Assembly (NCBI GenBank): GCA_034434515.1
Contig: DAOTZA010000139.1
Location: 1,204-65,203, forward strand
Direction: 5' to 3'
Source: Anaerolineales bacterium
GTDB lineage: Bacteria; Chloroflexota; Anaerolineae; Anaerolineales; UBA4823
Length of the DNA: 64,000 nt
Part shown: piece after piece, positions 48,336 through 56,628 of the stretch
How positions within the stretch are numbered: the first letter of the stretch is position 1
Layout of the letters: the number at the start of each line of letters is the position of its first letter
The notes under the pieces: model-generated
What the model saw: the letters and a program-made list of their open reading frames with translations, nothing else
Told to the model about the DNA's origin: nothing
Database searches by the model: none
Made by a program: the position numbers and the translations under genes

Positions 48336-48823
48336 TCACCCTTGCTGTCTTGAGAAGCGTTTTGCGGCTTTACCAGCGCCTTGGGATGACGATAGGGAAG
48401 CGGTATCGTCATCAAAAACCCTAGGACGATAAGCAGTTGGCCGCTGATAACGCCGATGGCTTGCACTGCGCCAAAGTAAGGCACTTTGGGAAAGCGGTGT
48501 GAACCGATGCCAAAAACATCGGCCATGCCGCTCATGGCCGCAATTAGATACCCGGTGCTCACCAGTCGGAAGCCAATATCGGCAAGGATACTCTTCTCTC
48601 TGCCGTTCCAAAGAGCGTTCAGAGCCAGATACCCTCCGCCGCACATCACGGCTAGGCCGATCAAGAAAACCGCAATTTGCACAAAACCGATTACCGGGCT
48701 GCGATCCAGCCCAAAGGTTGCCGGCCGAATTCCGATGATAAAGAGCAGAAACCCCAGGAACAGTACTCCCAATCCACTTTTCAGACGATTTTTAACGCTT
48801 TGATTTCTCTCATCTGTCATCAA
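48332..48823 (-). CDS. Hypothetical integral membrane protein (4 TM helices)
   Basis: 163 aa with four hydrophobic spans. It lies 12 nt downstream of the dipeptidase gene on the same strand. Confidence 0.55.
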   Translation of the reverse strand: MMTDERNQSVKNRLKSGLGVLFLGFLLFIIGIRPATFGLDRSPVIGFVQIAVFLIGLAVMCGGGYLALNALWNGREKSILADIGFRLVSTGYLIAAMSGMADVFGIGSHRFPKVPYFGAVQAIGVISGQLLIVLGFLMTIPLPYRHPKALVKPQNASQDSKGD

Positions 48824-48835
48824 GGAATAACCTCT

Positions 48836-49912
48836 CTAAGGTAGAAAACGATTGCAGCAGCGCAGCCAGTTGCCCTGGAAGATGTTGTTAATGTCTTGGG
48901 TTGAATAACCGCGCTCAGATAGAAGAGGGGCTAACTGTTGTAGGTCGGCGATGGTGTTGATCTCAACGGGAACTGATTGCCAGCCAAAACCGCCATCAAA
49001 GTCACTGCCAATCCCAACGTGCAGCGAATCGCCGGCTAATTGACAGATGTGGTCAATGTGGGCAACCAAATTGAGCAGGGTAACCTCCTCCCGCCGATCA
49101 CCCTCGCGCCAGCCTGCTTTTAGGAAGGCATTATACGGGATCACGCCGATGACCCCATCGCGCTCGATCAGCCTGCGGATGATTCGATCGGAGAGATGGC
49201 GATTGCTTTCTACCCCTCTCAGCAGGGCTTTGGCATTGGCGTGAGTGGCTAGGACAACACCATCGTACTGATCGAGCGCCTGTAGAGCTGCCGGCTCGTC
49301 CATGTGACTCAAGTCAAGCGCAAAGCCGACGTTTGCCATTGTCTCCAATAGTTGCTCGCCAAGCCTGGTCAGCCGACCCGGCTCATTCGTCCCACCGCAA
49401 AAGGGATTGCCTGCCCAGGCTGGACCGAGGATGCGTACCCCTAAATCCCACCAGGTTTCGACCTCGCGGGGATGCTCAATGGCTTCAGCGCCTTCCATCA
49501 GGATCAACAAGCCGACCGGATAAGAGTCTTTTGCCTGTTGCCATTCGGTTTGTAACTTTTCCAGGTCGTTTTTGTTTTGGATCAAGGTAAACTTTTGGGG
49601 GTTTTGTTCGACCAACTTAAAATAAGCGTCGAGCTGGGCGCGGTAGACCTTTTTCGCCTGGCGGCTGTCGGCATAACATTGCGTATCCCAATCGCCCAGT
49701 TTTTTGCGCATTGGCGCGGCGAAGAGGGTGGCAAAAATCAGCATAACTTGCCCGCGCTGATACTCTTCCCACCCCAGCAGGGTATCACCGTTCCATTGCC
49801 AGATCGAGCTGCCAGCTTCTGATTGGCGAATTTCAAGCGCAGAACGGCTGTAATCGCGTTGAAATGTCAGGATATTCCAGGCTAAATCTTCATGGGCATC
49901 GATCAGGATCAT
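48836..49912 (-). CDS. Peptidase M19 (renal-dipeptidase-like) family protein
   Basis: 358 aa. It has the N-terminal IDAHEDLAWN motif, SHMDE, ATHANA and GIGSDFDG motifs. It overlaps the mutY stop by 4 nt. Confidence 0.8.
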   Translation of the reverse strand: MILIDAHEDLAWNILTFQRDYSRSALEIRQSEAGSSIWQWNGDTLLGWEEYQRGQVMLIFATLFAAPMRKKLGDWDTQCYADSRQAKKVYRAQLDAYFKLVEQNPQKFTLIQNKNDLEKLQTEWQQAKDSYPVGLLILMEGAEAIEHPREVETWWDLGVRILGPAWAGNPFCGGTNEPGRLTRLGEQLLETMANVGFALDLSHMDEPAALQALDQYDGVVLATHANAKALLRGVESNRHLSDRIIRRLIERDGVIGVIPYNAFLKAGWREGDRREEVTLLNLVAHIDHICQLAGDSLHVGIGSDFDGGFGWQSVPVEINTIADLQQLAPLLSERGYSTQDINNIFQGNWLRCCNRFLP

Positions 49913-50985
49913 GGGTCGACCTCCTCGTTGAGGAGCTGGCGGGCGATTTGGCGATCAATTTTCCCCATTGGGAAAAGCGGCAGTTGTTGCCGCTCTACCC
50001 ATAGAAACGCTTGACCTTGCCGCGGATTGGGTTGATTGCCATCAGGAATCATACAGCGGAAGGCATGGAGGGTGACACGATAATGCGTGTAGGCGTGACG
50101 ATAGACACCGAGGGATGAGCCGACCTCAATCTCCAGAGCAAGCTCTTCCTGAATTTCGCGTTTCAGGCAGGATTCCAGGCTCTCGCCCTCCTGGCATTTG
50201 CCACCGGGAAATTCCCACATTCCACCCAACAGGCCTTCCCGAGGACGTTGGGCGATGAGATATTTGCCATTTTGGATGATCACCGCCGCGGTGACGAGAA
50301 CATGGGGAAGATTGTTTTTGGCTTTTTTAACCGGGATTTCGGATTGAAGCCCTGTTTGGAAAGTTTTACAGTGAGCGGATAACGGACAGAGGTCACAGCG
50401 GGGCTGACGCGCTGTGCAAATCATTGCCCCGAGGTCCATCAGAGCCTGATTATACGCTCCAGCCTTGCCGGAAGGGAGATGAAATCGAGCAAATTGGAGC
50501 AGTTCCCGGTCGCTTTGAGAAGTGCGCAAAGGAAGGCGATGGGCTGTTAATCTGGCAAGGACACGGCGGATATTGCCGTCTAAGGTGGGTTCATCCTGCT
50601 CGAAAGCAATGGAAGCAATCGCTGCGGCAGTGTAATCCCCGATGCCTGGCAACTTGCGCAGGGCTTTGATATTCTGCGGTAAAGCGCCTTGAAATTGCTC
50701 CTGAAGCAAGCGCGCTGCGCGATACAAATTTCTGGCGCGGGCGTAGTATCCTAATCCCTCCCAGTAGCGGAGCACTTCCTCTTCGGTGGCATTTGCCAGG
50801 CTCAGCGGGTCGGGAAAGCGTTCCATCCAGCGGATATAGTAGGGAATGACGGTTTCCACCCGGGTTTGCTGGAGCATGATTTCTGAGACCCAAACCGCAT
50901 AAGGGGAAGAACGCCCGCGCCAAGGGAGGGGGCGGGCGTTTTTGGTATACCAGTCGAGGATTGCAATTGCAATCGAGGATTCCAT
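49909..50985 (-). CDS. mutY: A/G-specific adenine DNA glycosylase MutY
   Basis: 358 aa. It has the HhH-GPD motif (LPGIGDYTAAAIASIAF), an Fe-S cluster loop (C..PRCDLCPLSAHC) and a C-terminal NUDIX-like domain (GGMWEFPGGK). Confidence 0.92.
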   Translation of the reverse strand: MESSIAIAILDWYTKNARPLPWRGRSSPYAVWVSEIMLQQTRVETVIPYYIRWMERFPDPLSLANATEEEVLRYWEGLGYYARARNLYRAARLLQEQFQGALPQNIKALRKLPGIGDYTAAAIASIAFEQDEPTLDGNIRRVLARLTAHRLPLRTSQSDRELLQFARFHLPSGKAGAYNQALMDLGAMICTARQPRCDLCPLSAHCKTFQTGLQSEIPVKKAKNNLPHVLVTAAVIIQNGKYLIAQRPREGLLGGMWEFPGGKCQEGESLESCLKREIQEELALEIEVGSSLGVYRHAYTHYRVTLHAFRCMIPDGNQPNPRQGQAFLWVERQQLPLFPMGKIDRQIARQLLNEEVDP

Positions 50986-50999
50986 GATCTCTTGGGTTC

Positions 51000-51302
51000 C
51001 TACAATTGGAAACCCGGTCGATCCTCCACAACTTTCAATTTTAGTTCTTCGACGTAATCCAACAGTTGTTCTGTCAGGCGTTGCCAGTCGGTGGAATTCA
51101 GCACTTGTTGTAAACGACTGAGGGTGGAACTGCGGATGGCAGTCATGATCTGGGGTTGGTCACCATAGACGGTGAACCACGCATCGGATGGTTCCAGGCC
51201 CAGCTTTTCGATACTGGGGATGAATTCGCGCACCATAAACTCGAAGTATTCTTGCTCTTTTGCGGGAAGGATATCCCAGGTCATTAAGAGTTTTACCGCC
51301 AT
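51000..51302 (-). CDS. Hypothetical small protein
   Basis: 100 aa with compact alpha/beta-like composition. It is packed tightly between the MBL-fold gene and mutY on the same strand. No recognisable motif was found. Confidence 0.5.
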   Translation of the reverse strand: MAVKLLMTWDILPAKEQEYFEFMVREFIPSIEKLGLEPSDAWFTVYGDQPQIMTAIRSSTLSRLQQVLNSTDWQRLTEQLLDYVEELKLKVVEDRPGFQL

Positions 51303-51306
51303 GCCT

Positions 51307-51963
51307 TTATCCTTTTTGTGACTGTTGAACCTTTAGGGCAATTACTTTCGTTTCTTCAGGTATCGCGGAGGGATTGACCTTGAGCAAGTCGGTTTCCTCT
51401 AAATCATTGATACCCATTTCCTTCAGGAATTTACTCAACGGCGCCAGCTTTAGCTGACAACCCGGCGTGTGATAATGCATGGGGATTACAATGCCGGGTT
51501 CCAGCAAGCTGACGATTTCGGCAGCTTTGGCGGCGCTCAGACCGCCTCCACCCCCAACCGGTACGAGGGCGATGTGGACATTCCCCAGCGCCTCTACCTC
51601 CGTTTGACTCGGCACGCGGCGGATATCGCCGAGATGCGCCACTGTGACTCCATTATAATCAAAAACATAGAGTGTGTTGCGGGGTTCATTTGAATCCAGT
51701 TTTCCTTGCCCGTTCGTTTGAACGCCGGTAATAAAGACGCCGCCGATTTCGTATTCACCCGGACCGCGCAAGACATGGGTGCGCCCTTTAACGGCGTTGA
51801 AATTGGCGTGACCTGGCGCTTCGTGGCTGATGGTGACGATATCCGCTTTAAGTCTTAAGGGTTCGTAACCGACCACTTGATGGTCATACGGGTCGGTGAC
51901 GACACTTGCCATGCCACGCTCGGATAAACGAAAACAAGATAAACCAAACCAAACAATTTCCAT
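51307..51963 (-). CDS. MBL-fold metal-dependent hydrolase (UPF0173-like)
   Basis: 218 aa. It has the N-terminal W.G.SCF pattern (IVWFGLSCFRL), a VTDPY motif, and TISHEAPGH and PMHY motifs. Confidence 0.8.
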   Translation of the reverse strand: MEIVWFGLSCFRLSERGMASVVTDPYDHQVVGYEPLRLKADIVTISHEAPGHANFNAVKGRTHVLRGPGEYEIGGVFITGVQTNGQGKLDSNEPRNTLYVFDYNGVTVAHLGDIRRVPSQTEVEALGNVHIALVPVGGGGGLSAAKAAEIVSLLEPGIVIPMHYHTPGCQLKLAPLSKFLKEMGINDLEETDLLKVNPSAIPEETKVIALKVQQSQKG

Positions 51964-52026
51964 GCAGCGTTCTCCGTTGAGATGGATTATACATCATTTG
52001 AAAGCGGGATGGTTTAGAAAAATACC

Positions 52027-52055
52027 CTAGACAATCCCCAAAACCCTGAGTAAAA
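52027..52055 (+). promoter_or_regulatory. Candidate promoter of the tRNA-Phe/Gly/Cys cluster
   Basis: TAGACA-N17-TAAAAT. It ends 29 nt before tRNA-Phe. Confidence 0.55.
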
Positions 52056-52084
52056 TATAGGTACACAATGACAGACACTGGTCG

Positions 52085-52157
52085 GCCGAGATAGCTCAGT
52101 TGGTAGAGCACATGACTGAAAATCATGGTGTCGCCAGTTCGATTCTGGCTCTCGGCA
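52085..52157 (+). tRNA. tRNA-Phe (anticodon GAA)
   Basis: GCCGAGATAGCTCAGTTGGTAGAGCACATGACTGAAAATCATGGTGTCGCCAGTTCGATTCTGGCTCTCGGCA forms a cloverleaf with anticodon loop CTGAAAA. Confidence 0.95.
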
Positions 52158-52181
52158 TTCTCGGCCTTGGCGGTCGAAGCT

Positions 52182-52254
<73 letters not shown>

Positions 52255-52268
52255 CTTTTTATCCAAGT

Positions 52269-52339
52269 GGCGACGTGGCCAAGTGGTAAGGCAAGGGTCT
52301 GCAAAACCCTGATCACGGGTTCAAATCCCGTCGTCGCCT
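52269..52339 (+). tRNA. tRNA-Cys (anticodon GCA)
   Basis: GGCGACGTGGCCAAGTGGTAAGGCAAGGGTCTGCAAAACCCTGATCACGGGTTCAAATCCCGTCGTCGCCT forms a cloverleaf with anticodon loop CTGCAAA. Confidence 0.95.
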
Positions 52340-52543
52340 TTTGTCTTCTTCTTCACACGGCGGGTGGGTGTCTATGCCAGACAGAAAGCCTTCCGCTTGT
52401 TCAATGGGCGGAACAATCACCATGCGCAGAGTCTTTTTGTGAGGGGTACAGACAACTTTTTGGCCGGGTCGCAAATCGAATTGTTCCCGTACCTCTCGAG
52501 GGATTACAACCTGATATTTTGTGGAGATGGTCGAGATAAACAA
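52313..52543 (-). CDS. AbrB/MazE/SpoVT-type antitoxin-like DNA-binding protein (no toxin partner)
   Basis: 76 aa. The N-terminal STKYQVVIPREVREQFDLRPGQKV is a swapped-hairpin AbrB-type motif, and the tail is acidic/basic. The last 27 nt overlap the 3' end of tRNA-Cys on the opposite strand. Confidence 0.7.
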   Translation of the reverse strand: MFISTISTKYQVVIPREVREQFDLRPGQKVVCTPHKKTLRMVIVPPIEQAEGFLSGIDTHPPCEEEDKRRRRDLNP

Positions 52544-52689
52544 TACTTACACTCTACTGGTTGAATAGTTTTGGTAATACGATAAAATTATAGCTCACTT
52601 ATTTTTGCTGCTATTCCGGGGGAGTGGATTGGGATAATCGAGCTTGCTCTTGACGAAAAACGAAGCCAGGATACAATATATTCAAACCG

Positions 52690-53040
52690 ATGAATGACAT
52701 GAAGCTGGATGTTTACGAAGAGGAAGCCCGCTACTATAAAGTCTTGATGCACCCATTGCGCCTGGCAATCCTGGATCTGCTGCGAGACGGGGAGCATTGT
52801 GTCTGTCACATGGAAGCCGTGTTTGGTCTTCGCCAGGCCTATATCTCTCAGCAGTTAATGGTGCTGCGCTCAGCCGGGGTGGTTGAAGTGCGCCGGGAGG
52901 GGTTAAATATCTATTATCGCGTTACTCAACCAAAAATCTATGCGGTGATTGACGCCATGCGCCAACTGACCCAGACCCAGCCTGCCTTCCCGTTACAGCC
53001 AGTTGTTGCCTGCAACTGTCCGAGTTGCGAGCTGATCTAG
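52690..53040 (+). CDS. ArsR/SmtB-family metalloregulator
   Basis: 116 aa. It has the winged-helix segment LRLAILDLLRDGEHCVCHMEAVFGLRQAYISQQLMVLRSAGVVEVRREGLNIYYRV. There is a CVC site in helix 3 and a C-terminal CNCPSC cluster. Confidence 0.85.
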   Translation: MNDMKLDVYEEEARYYKVLMHPLRLAILDLLRDGEHCVCHMEAVFGLRQAYISQQLMVLRSAGVVEVRREGLNIYYRVTQPKIYAVIDAMRQLTQTQPAFPLQPVVACNCPSCELI

Positions 53041-53043
53041 CTT

Positions 53044-54054
53044 TCACTCTTCGCAACCCAGACCATCTCCATCCATGTCAAATCCGTGCGGGTCGGGTGG
53101 GAGAACGCGAAAGTTACGGAAGCTGATCTCAGGACAGCTTAAGTCGGGAGGTGGGGAAGGAATGCATACGTCTGGATAAGCGGGATCGCAGTTGGGAGGA
53201 GGGGAGGGAGTTGCAGATGCCCACAAACCTTTGCCAAGCTCACGGGCAGTACGTTCGGCATATTGAAAGATGGTTGCACAGGCTACGTCTGGGGGATAGG
53301 TCACAGCCTTCGCATAGCCTTCTTCAATCAGTTTCAGGTTGACGAAAATGGAATTGGTGACCACATAGCGCAAGAGACGGCCGTAGCGGTCGGTTTCGGA
53401 GACATCGCGGTACAACTCGACAATCTGGTCGCGCACCAGTTGGGCATTGTGCTTGGTTGCCTCTTTCCCAAAGGCTTCCTGGGTTGTGGTGCTTTCGGGG
53501 GCGTCGATGCCGATGTAGCGCACTTTCTCTTCCTTGCCATCGAGCAGGACGCGAATGGTGTCTCCATCAACAACTTTGGTGACCAGGCCGAGTTGCGGCG
53601 TCTGAGGTGGAATACAGAGGTAGGAAAGGGGCATGGCGGTGATGGTGGCATAGCCGGTTGGGATCAAAGTCGGCGTGACGGTCGAGGTTGGGACGGGGCT
53701 GGCTGGCGTTTGGGTCGGTTTGGGAGTGGGAGAGAAGGAAAAGCCCTTGGCTTCTACGGTTGCGCCGCCGCCGGAGAGCAGGGGGAGATATTGCAAGTAT
53801 GGTGAGTTTTCTGCTATTGGCGTGACGGTTGTTGCTTCGAAAGGGGTGATGGTTTCGCGGCTGCTCTCGGCGTTAAGCGGAGCTGCTGTTTCGGTTGGCA
53901 AAGGCTCGGAAGAAGACGGAAGAAATTGGGTGAGATCACACGCCAGGGCAAGCACGCCCAACAGCAGGAGGGTCGTTGAGAAGCGAATCTGCCCCTGGTT
54001 GTGATTGGGTTGGGGGTGATCAAAGCGAGGGCGTTTGTGGTTCTGGTTTTTCAT
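53044..54054 (-). CDS. Secreted/anchored thermonuclease (SNase) with a T/P-rich linker and a C-terminal excalibur Ca-binding motif
   Basis: 336 aa with an N-terminal TM/signal segment. The SNase core reads VVDGDTIRVLLDGKEEKVRYIGIDAPES...DRYGRLLRYV. The C-terminus DMDGDGLGCE matches the excalibur DxDxDGxxCE pattern. Confidence 0.85.
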   Translation of the reverse strand: MKNQNHKRPRFDHPQPNHNQGQIRFSTTLLLLGVLALACDLTQFLPSSSEPLPTETAAPLNAESSRETITPFEATTVTPIAENSPYLQYLPLLSGGGATVEAKGFSFSPTPKPTQTPASPVPTSTVTPTLIPTGYATITAMPLSYLCIPPQTPQLGLVTKVVDGDTIRVLLDGKEEKVRYIGIDAPESTTTQEAFGKEATKHNAQLVRDQIVELYRDVSETDRYGRLLRYVVTNSIFVNLKLIEEGYAKAVTYPPDVACATIFQYAERTARELGKGLWASATPSPPPNCDPAYPDVCIPSPPPDLSCPEISFRNFRVLPPDPHGFDMDGDGLGCEE

Positions 54055-54084
54055 CGCACTCCTTCAGGTGACATGCTGTGTTTT

Positions 54085-55266
54085 TCAACGCCGATTCAGC
54101 CCCTCAAAGCTGAGCTGGCGGTTTGGGCGACGCCCGTTCAACAAAAGATAAGGAGCGGCGCGCTGGGTTTCGATGCCCAGCTTTTTTAGCTGGGATAGAT
54201 CGGTCAGACGAGTATGTTGGCGAGCGTGTAGAATGCGCCGAACCCCTTGCAAACCAATGCCCGGCACGCGCAGCAATTGATGCGGTGAAGCTCGATTGAC
54301 CTCAAGAGGTGCTTCGCGCAAATGACGTTCAGCATACGCCTTTTTGGGATCGACTTCCAGCGGCAAATTTGAGTCTTTGCCAAAGGTCAGGTCGCTCAGG
54401 CGGAAGCCATAATCGCGCAGCAGGAACGATGCCTGATAAAGCCGGCGTTGACGCAACAAATTGGCAGGGGGATGATTTTCTAAAGGTGTATCCGGCACGG
54501 GCCGGAAGGGCGAATAATAAGTGCGGGCAAGTTTTAAGGAGCGAAAGAGCCAATCGCTGGTTTGCAAGATTTCCAGGTCGCTCTCACCAGCCGCCCCTAA
54601 GACCAGTTGAGTGACGGTCGAAGGCCAACGTCCTTGCCAGCCCTGATGCGCAGGCAGTGTGCGCCGAATTTGCTCCACCCATTGCAGGGGTTGGACGATT
54701 TCGTTGAAGAATCCTTTATGCGGTGCAAGCTGCGACAATCGTTCAGCGTTGGGCGCTTCGAGATTGATGGAGACCCGATCGGCAAGTTGCATCGCCCGCA
54801 AAACCTGTTCTTTTTCTGCGCCGGGCATCAATTTGAGATGTAAGTAGCCACGAAAGCCCAATTTGTTTCTCAAGATTTCTGCTGCAACCAGGAGCTTATC
54901 TTGCGTACGGATTCCACCTCCGCCTAAACCGCTGGACAGAAACAATCCATCGGCAATACCGGCTTGATAAAGCTGAATAAATACACGAGCAAATTCTTCG
55001 GGGTGGAAGGTGACACGTCTTTTATCTCGACCAGCACGAAAGGGACAATAAAAGCAATCGCGTTCGCAGGCAGAGGAAAGGAGGGTTTTTAACAGCCGAA
55101 TAGACTTGCCCTGGGGGGTTTTGGCTTGATACAGGATAAGATGCTTTTCTTTTGAGAAAGTTTGTCTGGCTGGGTAGGCGTTGAGTTCCTCGTCAGCTTC
55201 CCAATCCATCTCGTTGGAGAGAAGACAGATGTGCTCAAAGGCATCCATGCTTAGATTATAGAACAA
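54085..55266 (-). CDS. Radical SAM protein of the putative DNA modification/repair type with a C-terminal helix-hairpin-helix
   Basis: 393 aa. It has the CxxxCxxC cluster (ACERDCFYCPF) and a C-terminal HhH motif (LLRVPGIGLQGVRRIL). The layout resembles the family annotated as 'putative DNA modification/repair radical SAM protein' (from memory). Confidence 0.75.
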   Translation of the reverse strand: MFYNLSMDAFEHICLLSNEMDWEADEELNAYPARQTFSKEKHLILYQAKTPQGKSIRLLKTLLSSACERDCFYCPFRAGRDKRRVTFHPEEFARVFIQLYQAGIADGLFLSSGLGGGGIRTQDKLLVAAEILRNKLGFRGYLHLKLMPGAEKEQVLRAMQLADRVSINLEAPNAERLSQLAPHKGFFNEIVQPLQWVEQIRRTLPAHQGWQGRWPSTVTQLVLGAAGESDLEILQTSDWLFRSLKLARTYYSPFRPVPDTPLENHPPANLLRQRRLYQASFLLRDYGFRLSDLTFGKDSNLPLEVDPKKAYAERHLREAPLEVNRASPHQLLRVPGIGLQGVRRILHARQHTRLTDLSQLKKLGIETQRAAPYLLLNGRRPNRQLSFEGLNRR

Positions 55267-55352
55267 ATTTTCTTGGTGTCAAGGAGACGAAAGCTAATGT
55301 AACGAGGAGAGAAGAAATTGCATCCAATCAAAAAAAGGTCAGGAGTTGTCCG

Positions 55353-55565
55353 GTGCCCAGAAAAGCTGTCCTGTTGAATTACCAGAACTGCGATCCCCGG
55401 CAATGTGAAGATGGGATTTGTCGAGCGGTAACTGTTTGTAAAAGACAAGTGCTGATTCAGCTTCAACCCTTTGAAGTGCCACAGTTGAGATCTGAGCTCT
55501 GCCTGGGGTGTGCGGTGTGTACAACGGTTTGCTCACCGAGAGCATTACAGGTGCCCCAATGGTGA
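55353..55565 (+). CDS. Small Cys-rich ferredoxin-like protein
   Basis: 70 aa. It has CDPRQCEDGIC...C plus CLGCAVCTTVCSP (a 4Fe-4S CxxCxxCxxxCP-like motif). Confidence 0.55.
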   Translation: MPRKAVLLNYQNCDPRQCEDGICRAVTVCKRQVLIQLQPFEVPQLRSELCLGCAVCTTVCSPRALQVPQW

Positions 55566-55762
55566 AGCTAGAGCAGATGTCTCCTTCATCTGAAGATCGG
55601 GTAGCCGAACTTCAGCGCCAGCTTGAAGATTTGAAGCGCCGTTTCCCCGCCCACTCGCTAACACCGGCGCTGATGCGGCAAGTGGATGAGCTGGAAGATG
55701 CGCTGGAGGATGCCCTTGCCCGCCGAGAGCTGGGTGAAACGAATCCCTCAGGAAATGGTTAG
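55559..55762 (+). CDS. Small helical protein with an FPAHS motif (conserved hypothetical)
   Basis: 67 aa starting at ATG 55559, which overlaps the stop of the ferredoxin-like ORF (ATGGTGA). It contains ELQRQLEDLKRRFPAHSLTPALMRQVDELEDALE. Similar small proteins exist in Chloroflexota and Firmicutes, from memory. Confidence 0.45.
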   Translation: MVKLEQMSPSSEDRVAELQRQLEDLKRRFPAHSLTPALMRQVDELEDALEDALARRELGETNPSGNG

Positions 55763-55769
55763 AGGTTGC

Positions 55770-56240
55770 TCACAGGCTGGCGAGAGGGAGTGGGGTGAGC
55801 GGCTGGGTGCGCTGAAATTTCTTTGCCAGTGATCGAATGCGCCGGGTAGAACTGCCCACAGGGTACTGGCGGATGATTTCGGCCAGGGGAACCGCCAGGT
55901 GGGCATAGCGGAAGACGTCTTCATCCAGGATTTGTCCATCCCAGGCAATGATATCCAGATCGATGGTACGAGGTGCGAATTTGTCCTCCGTGCGCTGTCG
56001 ACCGAGGGCGATTTCAAGGGGACGCAGGACTTCTTCCTTTAGCTGTTGGGGAGGATACGGGCTTTTGGCAACAACAACTGCGTTGAGAAAGTTACCGCCA
56101 CTGGTGCCAACCGGCGGAGTATCGTATACTGAAGAGAATGCCAGCAACCTTACCCGTTGTCCTAATAACTCGATGGCTTTTGGCAGGTGGAAATGGGGCA
56201 AGATGTTTGAGCCAATTGAAATGTACGCAATGTGATCCAT
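55770..56240 (-). CDS. folK: 2-amino-4-hydroxy-6-hydroxymethyldihydropteridine pyrophosphokinase
   Basis: The start is set at MDHIAYISIGSNI (ATG 56238-56240), downstream of the folB stop. It has YDTPPVG, R.IDLDI and a further conserved motif. Confidence 0.88.
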   Translation of the reverse strand: MDHIAYISIGSNILPHFHLPKAIELLGQRVRLLAFSSVYDTPPVGTSGGNFLNAVVVAKSPYPPQQLKEEVLRPLEIALGRQRTEDKFAPRTIDLDIIAWDGQILDEDVFRYAHLAVPLAEIIRQYPVGSSTRRIRSLAKKFQRTQPLTPLPLASL

Positions 56241-56250
56241 CGCGTTTCTC

Positions 56251-56604
56251 CTAAGAGCGACTGCGCTCGATTTCCACTCCGACTGACCTAGCAAAGCGCA
56301 CTGCGCCAGGCTTTTCGACCCGCACCATCACCTTTTGCACGTTTGGTTCATCGAGACAGAAACGAGCGATATCCTCAGCTAGAGCCTCAACGGTGAATCT
56401 GGCTGCCGTTTCGGCGTGAGCCTGGGCTTTTTTGGCAATTGTCCGGTAGTTCACGCTGTGTTCAATGGCGTCTTGCTCGCCTGCCTTGCGAGTGTCGCAA
56501 TAGAGAGTGATATTGATGAGAATTTCTTGAGAGTTTTCCCGTTCCCAATCGTTGATGCCAATAATGCCACGGGCTACCAGGTCTTTAATAAAGATTTTGT
56601 CCAT
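56251..56604 (-). CDS. folB: Dihydroneopterin aldolase
   Basis: The start is set at MDKIFIKDL (ATG 56602-56604), with AAGGAGAGAGG immediately upstream; an alternative start lies at 56628. It has GIIGINDWERENSQEILINI and VNYRTI motifs. Confidence 0.88.
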   Translation of the reverse strand: MDKIFIKDLVARGIIGINDWERENSQEILINITLYCDTRKAGEQDAIEHSVNYRTIAKKAQAHAETAARFTVEALAEDIARFCLDEPNVQKVMVRVEKPGAVRFARSVGVEIERSRS

Positions 56605-56628
56605 CCTCTCTCCTTGTATAGAATTCAA

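Noticed and set aside
53080-53100. The sequence tcaaatccgtgcggg, which resembles the tRNA-Cys 3' end and could be an att repeat
   Set aside because: Only 8 contiguous nt match, and the sequence lies inside the conserved excalibur motif coding region of the nuclease gene. The resemblance is coincidental.
53263-53805. A 180-aa plus-strand ORF
   Set aside because: It is antisense to the SNase-excalibur nuclease gene and is Gly-rich, so it is an artefact.
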